Below, piece after piece: positions 10,103-20,100 of a DNA stretch of 64,000 bases. Each line of letters begins with the position of its first letter. Within the stretch, counting starts at the first letter, position 1. The notes under the pieces are model-generated. The model did no database searches, had not been told where the DNA came from, and saw only the letters and a program-made list of their open reading frames with translations. The DNA lies in assembly GCA_043823745.1 (NCBI GenBank), contig JBDRAN010000035.1, positions 13,795 to 77,794 on the forward strand, read 5' to 3'. This stretch comes from Candidatus Omnitrophota bacterium (GTDB taxonomy: Bacteria > Omnitrophota > Gorgyraeia > Duberdicusellales > 4484-171). The translations under genes and the position numbers were made by a program.

Positions 10103-11260
10103 TTATTCGTACCTGAGCGCTTCCGACGGAGCAAGGCGCGATGCGCGTATTGCCGGAAGTAAACTTGAAAAAAACGCAAGCGCTATTCCCACGAGCGCGA
10201 TGAGGCCGATATCCCGGTAGTTAAGTGCAACAGGCAGGCTTTCCACGTAATATATTTCTTCCGGCAGTTTTATAAATTGATACTTAGCAAGCGCCCAACA
10301 CAACCCCAGCCCCAGGATGAGGCCGGCTGCCACGCCGATAACGCCCAAAAGAAGCCCTTGCAGGCTGAACATCGCCAAAATCTTATTGTTGGTAAACCCC
10401 AGCGACTTGAGCACTCCAATGTCTTTGGTTTTCTCAACTGTTTTCACCGTCAGGGTCGCAAAGATGTTAAATGATGCTACCAGCACGATCAGGCTTAAAA
10501 TAACAAACATCGCGATCTTTTCAAGTTTAAGAGCCGAGAAAAGAATACGATTGGTCTCCATCCAGGTACTAGCAAAAACTCCTTCAGGGAAATCGGCGAC
10601 TATCCTTTGCTTGATACGCTCTGCGGTAAACGGGTCTTTGATACGTATCCCTAAAAATAAAAGATAATTGGGAGTCAGCGTTTTTGCTTTTGCGAGGTCC
10701 ATAATCAAATAATTATTATCAATATCGTAGATGCCCACCTTAAAAGTTCCGCGAATCTGTCCTTCCTGAAGCTCCATTTTCCGCGCCAAAGGATACCACT
10801 CAAGCTTGCGAGCCAGATAATAACGTTTTTTCAGCCCTTCACCAACAAAAAAACCATCGTTCTTCAAATCTTCTTTAACATACTTATAAAATATCGCGGC
10901 TTCCTGCGCATCGGCCAGATCAACGCCCTTAACCATAAGCGGCGCAACATAATTTTCAAATTTAGCAAATACCTGTGTCTGCAGGTATACTGAAGCGCTC
11001 TCGACTCCCTCGTAAGCCAAGACCTTTTCTTTAATGCCGCCAAGCTCCTCTGATTTGACGCTCTCAACAACAAGATGATAATTAAAACGCAGGAGTTTCT
11101 CCATCAGATCGCGGTCAAAACCGTTCATCACGGAAATAACCACGATCAGCGCCGCAACACCAAGCGCGACTCCTGTGCAAGAAATAACACCGATAAAGGA
11201 AATATGTTTGGCCTTGCCCCTAAAAAGATACCGGCGAGCTAAGAATAGTTCTGTTCTCAT
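10103..11260 (-). CDS. lolE: LolC/E lipoprotein-releasing ABC permease
   Basis: LARRYL, GVALGVAALIVVISVMNGF, EKTKDIGVLKSLG, PAIRASRLAPSEALRYE. Confidence 0.85.
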   Translation of the reverse strand: MRTELFLARRYLFRGKAKHISFIGVISCTGVALGVAALIVVISVMNGFDRDLMEKLLRFNYHLVVESVKSEELGGIKEKVLAYEGVESASVYLQTQVFAKFENYVAPLMVKGVDLADAQEAAIFYKYVKEDLKNDGFFVGEGLKKRYYLARKLEWYPLARKMELQEGQIRGTFKVGIYDIDNNYLIMDLAKAKTLTPNYLLFLGIRIKDPFTAERIKQRIVADFPEGVFASTWMETNRILFSALKLEKIAMFVILSLIVLVASFNIFATLTVKTVEKTKDIGVLKSLGFTNNKILAMFSLQGLLLGVIGVAAGLILGLGLCWALAKYQFIKLPEEIYYVESLPVALNYRDIGLIALVGIALAFFSSLLPAIRASRLAPSEALRYE

Positions 11261-11340
11261 ATATTTACACGCAGATCATCGCAGATTAACACCACCGATG
11301 AACACAGATTTCTATCTGTGCCGATCCGTTCAAGTCTGAG

Positions 11341-12765
11341 CTAATCTGTGCCTTCAAGGGGCTTAAGAAGCGGAAATAAAATTACGTCTCTGATGGAAGG
11401 CTGATTTAAAAGAATCATTACGAGCCTGTCAATGCCAATACCAAGGCCTGCCGCCGGGGGCATCCCATATTCGAGACTCGTAACAAAATCCTTATCAATC
11501 TTTTTAGGAAGCTCCTCCTCGACCTCAAGCTGCTTGGTAAAACGCGCCTCCTGCTCAATGGGATCGTTTAATTCGGAATAGGCATTCGCGACTTCAAGCC
11601 CGGCAATAAACAGCTCAAAACGCTCAACGAGCGCAGGATTATCTCTGACGGTTTTCGCCAGCGGCGAAGTCCAGGTAAAAAATTCGGTAATAAATGCCGG
11701 CTTATCTTTTGGAAAATTCTTTTCAATGAGCTCCTCGGTAATATTTAATATTTGGGTGCGGCTGACGGCTTTTGCCGAAAGATTCATTTTCTTGACCACC
11801 TTCTCGACAAACACCGACTCAACATCTCCTGATTCGACCCCAAACTCTTGCTTAAAAAGCGCCGCGAAAGAAATCCGCTGCCAGGGCGGCGTAAAATCAA
11901 TTTTGGCTCCCTGGTAGTCAATCACCAACGTTCCATGAAGCTCCTGGACCAGTTGTGAAAACAGGTCTTCGCATGTTTTCATCTGATACTCATAGTTTTC
12001 ATAGGCGCAATACGCCTCAAGCATCGTAAACTCCGGAGAATGCCGCGTAGAAACTCCTTCGTTGCGAAAGCTCCGGTTGATCTCATACACACGCTCCATA
12101 CCCCCGACCAGAAGCCGTTTTAAATAGAGCTCCGGGGCGATACGAAGATACACGTCCATATCATTGGCATTATGGTGCGTAACAAACGGTTTCCCGACAG
12201 CCCCTCCCGCTAAAGGGTGCAGCATCGGCGTTTCCACTTCAATAAACCCGCGGTTGTTAAAAAAATCACGGATACGGGCGATGATTTTCGAACGCTTAAT
12301 AAAGACTTCTCGCACTTCGGGGTTTGCGATTAAATCAAGGTAACGCTGGCGATACCTGACCTCAACATCTTTTAAACCGTGCCATTTTTCGGGTAACGGA
12401 CGCAACGCCTTGGCAAGTACCGTAATATTTTCCGCCAATACCGTCTGCTCTCCGGTACGCGTTACAAAGAGCTTTCCCTTGATGCCGATAATGTCACCGA
12501 TATCTAAATCTTTAAAAAGCTGGTAGTGCGCGCCCAGCGTGTTAAGTTGAGCGTAAAGTTGGATTTTTCCAGTATGATCGCTGATGTGGCCAAAGCTTGA
12601 TTTACCGTGCTCACGCTTGGCAATGAGCCGGCCGGCAATCGTAACTTCTTTTCCTTCCGCAAAACCATCAACTATCTCTTTGATATTCAATGGTTTAGGA
12701 AAACTCGTCTGCGCAAAAGGGTTACCAAATTCCTGAGTGATTTTATGCAATTTCTCGATACTCAT
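11341..12765 (-). CDS. lysS: Lysine--tRNA ligase (class II)
   Basis: LRPLPEKWHGL, RYRQRYLDL, LRIAPELYLKRL, FRNEG, HSPEFTMLE, YGMPPAAGLGIGIDRL; start uncertain (12765-12774). Confidence 0.97.
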   Translation of the reverse strand: MSIEKLHKITQEFGNPFAQTSFPKPLNIKEIVDGFAEGKEVTIAGRLIAKREHGKSSFGHISDHTGKIQLYAQLNTLGAHYQLFKDLDIGDIIGIKGKLFVTRTGEQTVLAENITVLAKALRPLPEKWHGLKDVEVRYRQRYLDLIANPEVREVFIKRSKIIARIRDFFNNRGFIEVETPMLHPLAGGAVGKPFVTHHNANDMDVYLRIAPELYLKRLLVGGMERVYEINRSFRNEGVSTRHSPEFTMLEAYCAYENYEYQMKTCEDLFSQLVQELHGTLVIDYQGAKIDFTPPWQRISFAALFKQEFGVESGDVESVFVEKVVKKMNLSAKAVSRTQILNITEELIEKNFPKDKPAFITEFFTWTSPLAKTVRDNPALVERFELFIAGLEVANAYSELNDPIEQEARFTKQLEVEEELPKKIDKDFVTSLEYGMPPAAGLGIGIDRLVMILLNQPSIRDVILFPLLKPLEGTD

Positions 12766-12825
12766 AAGCCACAATTATATATACTATACCTATAGATGTC
12801 AAACCAAATCACTATTCAGCTTTTT

Positions 12826-12953
12826 CGTATTGCGTATCGCGTCCCTACCAGGAGGCTTCGCACTATTGAGTATTGCACTTTAGGGGTTACGCACTCAATA
12901 CTCTGTACTCGATACTCAATACTTTCTTCACTAATCGCTAACCGCTATCCGCT
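12826..12953. repeat. Intergenic heptamer repeats (GTATTGC/ATACTCA, CGCTA-type) with a GTCCC..GGAGGCTTC element
   Basis: cactcaatactctgtactcgatactcaatact; cgctaaccgctatccgct; gtccctaccaggaggcttcgc at 12841. Confidence 0.6.
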
Positions 12954-13718
12954 CTACGCTAATACATGATTGGCCGCGGCGAGCAACCGCTTGGTGTATG
13001 AATGGACTGGATTTGTAAAGATCACCTGGCTTATACCCTGCTCAACGATTGCACCTTGATACATGATGTAGCAGAATTGAGAAATCCTTTTAAGCAGCTT
13101 TAGGTTATGAGAGATAAAAAGAAAAGTCATACTATGTTTTTTTTGCAGGTGCGCAAGAAGCCTAATAATAGTCACTGCGGTGGTAGCGTCAAGACTTGAT
13201 GTAGGTTCGTCAAAGATTACCATACGGGGCCTGTTAATGAGCGCGCGCGCAATCGCCACGCGCTGCTGCTGGCCCCCGCTTAACTCGTGAGGATACCGGG
13301 TAAGGTAGGTTTCGTCAAGCTCGACTTCCGCTAATGCCGCGCGCACCGTTGATAATGCCTCCGCACGCCTGATCCTATGCCGCACCCGAAGGACCTCATC
13401 GAGTGTCGCAAACACGGTATAGCGATGATCAAGGCTTGCGCTAGGATTTTGAAAAACGATCTGAATATTTTCGCGCACAAGGCGCTCATTACGGGGAGGT
13501 GTAATGTCGGCCCCATTACACCGAATAGAGCCACACACGGGCCGGTTAAATCCAAGGATAGTCCGTGCCAAAGTCGTTTTCCCACATCCGCTTTCCCCCG
13601 CAAGGCCGATGACGCCCTGCTGCGGAAAGCGTAACGTAACACCATCAAGCGCTTTGATCACGTCGCGTTTCTGCTTAAAATATACTTTGAGGTCTTCTAT
13701 CGTTAAAAAGTCAGCCAT
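12954..13718 (-). CDS. Oligopeptide/dipeptide ABC ATP-binding protein (OppF/DppF-like)
   Basis: GESGCGKTT, VFQNP, RYPHELSGGQQQR, DEPTSSLD, HSYTKRL. Confidence 0.88.
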   Translation of the reverse strand: MADFLTIEDLKVYFKQKRDVIKALDGVTLRFPQQGVIGLAGESGCGKTTLARTILGFNRPVCGSIRCNGADITPPRNERLVRENIQIVFQNPSASLDHRYTVFATLDEVLRVRHRIRRAEALSTVRAALAEVELDETYLTRYPHELSGGQQQRVAIARALINRPRMVIFDEPTSSLDATTAVTIIRLLAHLQKKHSMTFLFISHNLKLLKRISQFCYIMYQGAIVEQGISQVIFTNPVHSYTKRLLAAANHVLA

Positions 13719-13724
13719 TTCTAA

Positions 13725-14513
13725 TTATAATTCTCCCAATTCTTTAAAAGATGCAAGGAGACTTTTAGAATAATTCTCTCCCGGCGCACGGAAAAAGTTA
13801 TCGACTGCCGCGGCCTCTACAACTTTCCCCGCGCGCAGCACCACTAGGCGGTCGCAGAGCGCTTTTACTAAATCAAGATTATGCGTAATAAACAGCATGC
13901 TAAAACGATACTCCCGGCGCAATGCTTTGAGAAGATTTATAATTTCGCTCTCCGTGGTAACGTCAAGAGAACTCGTCGGCTCATCGGCAATAATCAACGA
14001 GGGCTCAAGCATCAGCGTCATGGCCAGCGCTACCCTTTGGAGTTGGCCTCCGCTGAGCTCGTGAGGATAACTTGCAAGCACGCGCTTTGCTTCTTTTAAG
14101 CGCACTTTATTAAACACAGTATCGATGGCCTCATTGAATTGACTTTTTGCGCGTAGCCCTTTTTTAATACGCAACACCTCGCGCACCTGATATCCAATAC
14201 TTAAAACCGGATTGAAACTTGAGGCGGGCTCCTGCATAATCAGGCCAAGATTATTTCCACGCAAGCTCTCAAGCCGGGTCTTTCTCGCCTTAAAAATACT
14301 TTCTTGACGGAAAAAAATATCGCCTTTCGTGTACGCATCGAGCGGTAAAAGGTCTAGGATCGAGAACGCGAGAGTGCTTTTACCGCTTCCTGATTCACCG
14401 ACAATACCAACGATCTCATTCTCGTTAACACTGAAACTAACATCATCAAGTGCCGCGCGGTTTTGCGGGGTTGACTGATAGTGTACGGTAAGATTTTTTA
14501 TTTCTAAAATCAT
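13725..14513 (-). CDS. Oligopeptide/dipeptide ABC ATP-binding protein (OppD/DppD-like)
   Basis: GESGSGKS, QEPASSFNP, YPHELSGG, ADEPTSSLDVT. Confidence 0.88.
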   Translation of the reverse strand: MILEIKNLTVHYQSTPQNRAALDDVSFSVNENEIVGIVGESGSGKSTLAFSILDLLPLDAYTKGDIFFRQESIFKARKTRLESLRGNNLGLIMQEPASSFNPVLSIGYQVREVLRIKKGLRAKSQFNEAIDTVFNKVRLKEAKRVLASYPHELSGGQLQRVALAMTLMLEPSLIIADEPTSSLDVTTESEIINLLKALRREYRFSMLFITHNLDLVKALCDRLVVLRAGKVVEAAAVDNFFRAPGENYSKSLLASFKELGEL

Positions 14514-14581
14514 ATACTATTCACCCAGACTTCAGGCTTTACGCTATAAACCTAGAACCTGTAACCTTGAGCCTACACCCC

Positions 14582-15637
14582 TTACAGGATCTTCCTCTTC
14601 GGATCCAACGCGTCCCTGAGCGCGTCTCCGACAACATTAAAACAAACGACGGTTACCAGAATAAATATTCCCGGCGTAAGTATCCAGGGAGAAAGACGAA
14701 TATTAACGATCCCGAGCGCTGACGAAAGAAGATTACCCCAGCTTGCCTGCGGCTCCTGGATACCCAGGCCCAGTAAACTCAATGCCGCCTCCGCGCCAAT
14801 ATACCCGGGAATACTTAAGAAAAACGCCGCCAATACATAAGAAAACGTGTGCGGCAAAATATGACGCGTGATGATCGCGACATGCGACAAGCCGCTTGCG
14901 CGCGCGGCATAAACAAACTCACGCTCCCGAAGCGATAAGCTCAAGCCTCTGATGATGCGGGCAATAGACGCCCAGCCAATCAAGGAAAGTATTACCACGA
15001 TAAGCAAATAAACCTCAAGCGAACGTAAATACGGCGGGAATGCGGCGCGAAGAGCAAGCATCAGATAAAATGCCGGAACGCACATGATGACTTCGCATAA
15101 ACGCATTAAAGCATTATCAACGCTACCCCCCGCGTAGCCGGCAATACCACCCACAACCATTCCGATTCCAAGCGAAAGAAGCGCTCCGACAATTCCTATG
15201 GAAAGAGAAACTTGCGCGCCATACAGAATACGGGAGAAGATATCGCGGCCGCGGCTATCTGCGCCGCATAAAAATACTTTTGTCCCCGGCGCTCCGAAAA
15301 AATGAATATCACTCTCAAACAAACCAAAAAGTTTATAACGGCTACCGCGCACAAACAACTTCACCGGACACGATTTCATTGTATCTTCAACGTATACACG
15401 CTGATAATATTCATTCAGTGAAACATTCCGCCGATAGACAAAGGGAGGGCTTACCCTATTGTTTCCATCAATCAAATGAATCTGTGAGGGCGGCGCATAT
15501 ACCGTCAAAACATCATCGTCGTCGTAATGGTAAGGCGCAAAAAAAGGAGCAAACAGAGCCATCGTATACAAAACACCTAAGACCACAAGGCTCGCCAGCG
15601 CTAACTTGTTATGAGTGATTGTTTTTAGAATGTTCAT
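14582..15637 (-). CDS. Peptide ABC permease (OppC/DppC-like)
   Basis: GADSRGRDIFSRILYGAQVSL, EFVYAARASG, RHILP, GDALRDALDP. Confidence 0.9.
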   Translation of the reverse strand: MNILKTITHNKLALASLVVLGVLYTMALFAPFFAPYHYDDDDVLTVYAPPSQIHLIDGNNRVSPPFVYRRNVSLNEYYQRVYVEDTMKSCPVKLFVRGSRYKLFGLFESDIHFFGAPGTKVFLCGADSRGRDIFSRILYGAQVSLSIGIVGALLSLGIGMVVGGIAGYAGGSVDNALMRLCEVIMCVPAFYLMLALRAAFPPYLRSLEVYLLIVVILSLIGWASIARIIRGLSLSLREREFVYAARASGLSHVAIITRHILPHTFSYVLAAFFLSIPGYIGAEAALSLLGLGIQEPQASWGNLLSSALGIVNIRLSPWILTPGIFILVTVVCFNVVGDALRDALDPKRKIL

Positions 15638-15644
15638 AATGAGT

Positions 15645-15755
15645 AAGCGTAGAGCGGTTAGCGTAGAGCGTATAGAAAAAAATTAGCGAAGATTAGAAAA
15701 TTCTAAATTCTATATTTTTCTCTAAACGCTATCCGCTCAACGCTCTACGCTAAAC
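15645..15755. repeat. Inverted AGCGTAG/CGCT heptamer repeats
   Basis: aagcgtagagcggttagcgtagagcgt...acgctatccgctcaacgctctacgct. Confidence 0.7.
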
Positions 15756-15780
15756 TTGACACCCTGTAAGCATTAGCCCC

Positions 15781-16749
15781 TCACCGCTGGTACCGTATTC
15801 GCGGATCGGCATACGCAAGTAAAATATCGCTTAAAAGGTTACCGGCGATAAGCATGATTCCGCCGATAAGCATAGCGCCCATCACTAAATATAGATCCTG
15901 ACTGCGCACCGCCTCAAGCGTTACCTGCCCTAAACCCGGCCAGCCGACAATAATTTCCACCAACGCCGCGCCGCTTAATAAATCAGCAAACTGATATCCA
16001 AAAATAGTAATCATAGGGTTAAGCGCGTTACGCAGCGCGTGGCTATACAGAATGCGCGTACGACTCAATCCTCGCGCGCGCGCGCCCAAAATATAGGTAG
16101 AGCCTAGTATTTCAAGCATATGAGCTCGCAATATCTTATGCAGGCTGGCAATACTTCCGATCGAAAGCACCAGCACAGGAATAATAAGATGCCTCAGAAG
16201 ATCGCCTGCTTTCTGCCACGGCGAAAGCTCCTCAAAAAGAAGCGAGCGCATACCTCCCAGCGGGAACCATCCCGAAAAAGTAGCGGCATAGAGAAAAATA
16301 AAAGCCCAAAAAAACGCGGGCGTTGAAATGCCTACATATGAGCATAAGGAAAGGACTTTATCGATTAACTTATTTTTATGGAGAGCCGCGGTCACACCGA
16401 GAGGAATAACGATGAGCCACGTAAAAAGAAGGGATGAAAGCGCCAAAAGGACGGTGTTAGCCGCCCGCGCTGCAATGACGCGCGCGACAGGAGCTTTGTA
16501 CGCGAATGAATAACCAAGATCTCCGGAAAAAATGTTTTTGAGCCACACTCCGTACTGGACAAGGAAAGGCTTGTTGAGGCAAAATTTCTCCTCATAAAGC
16601 CGTATCGCGTCACGCGACACTTGGGGGTTAAGACGCAGGCTATCAAGAAAATCGCCGGGAGCAATATGGATAAAAAGGAATGCGAGAAATGTTATAGTAA
16701 AAAGAAGCGGAACAACGTACAGGAGCCGCTTGACAATATAATAGCGCAT
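15781..16749 (-). CDS. Peptide ABC permease (OppB/DppB-like)
   Basis: YIVKRLL, APGD, GDLGYS, ARARGL, HALRNALNP, WPGLG, YADPRIR. Confidence 0.9.
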   Translation of the reverse strand: MRYYIVKRLLYVVPLLFTITFLAFLFIHIAPGDFLDSLRLNPQVSRDAIRLYEEKFCLNKPFLVQYGVWLKNIFSGDLGYSFAYKAPVARVIAARAANTVLLALSSLLFTWLIVIPLGVTAALHKNKLIDKVLSLCSYVGISTPAFFWAFIFLYAATFSGWFPLGGMRSLLFEELSPWQKAGDLLRHLIIPVLVLSIGSIASLHKILRAHMLEILGSTYILGARARGLSRTRILYSHALRNALNPMITIFGYQFADLLSGAALVEIIVGWPGLGQVTLEAVRSQDLYLVMGAMLIGGIMLIAGNLLSDILLAYADPRIRYQR

Positions 16750-16794
16750 CGTACGATAGACCCATTATTCCTGCTACAGGAGCCGACAGAAAAG

Positions 16795-17106
16795 CTAGAC
16801 GACCTTCTCAAGCGGCTGTGCCATCTCCCTGTTAAACGCGATTCCGGCATGCCAACTCTCACCGATTTTTTTACACCAACATACTTTTCCGAGTGCTGTT
16901 ATTACATCGTACGCCCGGGCCTCGAGAGAAAGGCCGGCATACGAATCAACCGCCAAAGGCTCATTCGCGCTTACGCGCGCGCCATGAGCGCTGATATCAA
17001 GGCACTCGATTCTGCGGGAGAAATTGTCCTTTGAAAAAAATAATCCTTTCAAAGAACATGGAACGCGCGGCGATCGCCGCCTGCTACCATACAACTCTTC
17101 GCCCAT
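16795..17106 (-). CDS. PilZ domain protein (c-di-GMP binding)
   Basis: RRSPR (RxxxR) and DISAHG (DxSxxG), KVCW, GIAF; GGAGG RBS at 17111-17115 before ATG 17106. Confidence 0.85.
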   Translation of the reverse strand: MGEELYGSRRRSPRVPCSLKGLFFSKDNFSRRIECLDISAHGARVSANEPLAVDSYAGLSLEARAYDVITALGKVCWCKKIGESWHAGIAFNREMAQPLEKVV

Positions 17107-17177
17107 ACTTCCTCCTTTTTTATTGTAACATGTAAATAATTTAATAAAATATTTTTCGCATTGCGCCCTATACAATT

Positions 17178-20100
17178 CTATCGAACAACGGGTCTGGCCG
17201 GCATATCTATGCGATTCCTGAAAACAATGGTATTTTGGCGGATATGCATAGCTCTTCCGTTTGTAAGGGGCATTTCCATTGGTAACAGGGCGCTGCTGGG
17301 GCTTGACGAAGCTCCTCGGTTTTTTTCCAAAGCGTTATGTAACCCTTTTGCTTCCCACGAGATTACTTTATATTCCCATTGCAATTCAATTATCTGCCTT
17401 TTGACCTGTTCATAAGAACTTTGAAGCTGCGGGACTAAGCGGGCCACTTCTTGTTCTATTGCCTTAAGCCGCGCCTCAATCACCTGAATTCGTTTCCGCA
17501 GAGCCTCTTCTGAATCACTCGATAGAGCCGCCCTGCGCATCGTATCTATAAGTATCCGTTCATCGTCTCTTGCCGCAATGTGCGGGTCCTGGTATACTTT
17601 CTCTCTTATTGCAAGCGCTTCTTCAGGCTTGATTCTTAACGGTATGACTCCGTCATCGCCGCTTCTTACCACACCCTTGACCCCTCCCGGTAAAAGTCGA
17701 TAAAACGCAATGGCTCCTTTCGCGTTGCATTCAGCGATAATTTTTCTATCCGTATTTAAAGATTCCCTGAAATTACCTTTCTCGCCAGGAGAAGACAGCC
17801 GGTACAACTCCTGATACTGAGGGATTCTATCAAGCAGCACTACTGTCAGATAAAAACCAACCTCCCGATTACCCCACACAATACCGGCGGCTTTCGCCCC
17901 AATGCGTCTCATAACTTCACTTTCCTCCGGCCCGGGTAAAATTTCTCCCTCGGCCAGCAGTCTACTCTGACCCGTCGCTACCTGTCTATACCTCCAGAGG
18001 ATAAAGGGATGCGAATGGATAATAAACTTGCCATGAGGGACTGGCTTAATTACCTTTATGTCTCTAAACTGAGCTTCTGTCTTTTTCCCTTTATAAAAAA
18101 GTATAGGGTTAAGGGTTGCGTTCCCGGCTACTGCCGCGGTAAAGACTGACTCAATGCTTTCAGTATCAAGCACATCAACGACGGAACCAAGGGCTTGACG
18201 CAATCGCTGATCTTCTCTTAAGAAATATTCAAAATCATTACAATCGCGTAACTTCCAGACTTCAGCCGAGGATGAAGAGACCACGCTTTGAGTACTAAAA
18301 AATGATACGCTCGGTTCTTGCTTCAAGGCCTGCGTATCAGGCACTGAACTGCTTGAACTCGTAGCTGATCCGCTCAAAAACATACGCATAAAGTCCCCCG
18401 CCACTCGAAGATGCCCGTCATCTCCGGCAAATAACCTTACCTGTTCATCGCTTAAAGACTGAAAAATAGCTTTGTCTCTTGTTAAAACAAGGTTCAACAA
18501 ATTTTCAAGCGTTTCGGTTAATTGTAAATCCTTTATCCTTTTTTGTGCGTGCAACAACGAGTATCGATCTCTTCTTACTTTTCCCGCAATAGACGCTAAG
18601 CAATCCCTTATCCACTCAAGGTTACCTCGGAATTTTTTCCGTATCCCGATCGTAACAAAGCAGTTACTCACATAAATACCAACCTCCTGGGCTAGCGCAT
18701 CATCAAGAGCTATTTTTGCTGATAAGAGATTGTCCAAGGGTTCATTACTGTTGAAAGTAGGGCTTGAAACAGCTTTTCTGCTGCTGATATTTTTTGCGCT
18801 GTGAACAAAAGAAACGTCTGGCTGCACTCGTCCGAATCGGTGAGACTGATGGATTATTCCGGCTACGCGTATTTTTTTCTCAGACAAGCTTGGATTCAAC
18901 AAAGTAAATGGTCCATCCGGCAAGCTGTGAAACCAGGTGCGCAATTGATGCTGGTGAGTAACCCCAAGGGCGATTGCTGCTGGTTTTTCGGCACCCGAAG
19001 CTATAATGGTATCGAATATGCCTTCAAGCCTGGAACTCGTATAGTCTTTTGTTTCTCCACCGGCCAACACCTGAAAAGCCCGCCAGGAAATTTCGCTCTG
19101 AGTTATTTTCCAAAGCCTGATCCGTTTTGCCACGGCACCGCCACTGATAGAGTGTGGCCTGCACCAAAGCCCAACTTCCTCTTTACTGAATCGCACTGTA
19201 GCTTTTATCTTAAACAATGCTGACAGGTATGATTGCGCCAGCAGGTCTACGAAACGCTGCTGCCGGAGGTCTCTCCTACTATACGTAACCAAGGCTACAG
19301 AAGAGCTGCCACTCTCACCTTCCGGCGCATTTGGTGAGCTGGCGCGGCCTTGCCCTGAGCCTGTCGAAGGGCCGCCCTTGTCAAGACTTTCCTTATTGGC
19401 TATGGCTTCCCTTATTCGCGTAAAAATATTATCCAAGTTCTTCTGCACTGTATTTCTTAGACGCCAATAGGGGCCACTGGGCGGAACAAAAAACCGGCCT
19501 GCGGTTGGCCGTTCATCTTCATAAACAAACAACTCTTTCTCACCCAAAACAAGATAAACCATATTTGCTGATTTTGGATACTGCTTTACGAAAGCATCCC
19601 TCATCTTTTCTGTCATCACAAAGATAATAACTGCTTCTTCTATTTCTGCGCTGGTAACTTTCCGCTGCTCATGCAAAATTAAAATCGGATCGCTCTGCTT
19701 ATCTACATCTGTACCGGGATCCGAAACAACCTCACACAAGGCCGCTGACCAAACCTCTATTCTGCCTCTCAAATCATCAGGAACCATTGAACACAAGATA
19801 CCCGCCACTATCGGCGAACGCTCTTTATTTTGATTACAAAGAACCAGGACCTTATGCCTCGAGGAATCCTGCGCGCCGCTATCAAGGTTTCTTTCTTCCG
19901 GCGAGGTACGGCCGGCTTTTCTTCCCACATCTCTGGTCCCACACCCTACGCCCTTCGGATTTTCCGCCGGCGAGCTAGCCCGGCCTTTGCTATCAAGGTG
20001 TTCGAGTTGGTTTGGATTTAATTCTTTAAGCTGCCGCCAAAATGTGTATTTGATAAAATGCCAACCCTGCCTGGCATTGCGATAATCATCGTCATTCCTT

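Noticed and set aside
17116-17165. Possible extended -10 promoter (TGTTACAAT) before the PilZ gene
   Set aside because: Very close to the RBS, with no convincing -35, in an AT-rich gap; cannot be supported.
138-17415. Short ORFs overlapping housekeeping genes (e.g. 138-374, 4361-4996, 16621-17034)
   Set aside because: Shadows of well-supported minus-strand genes.
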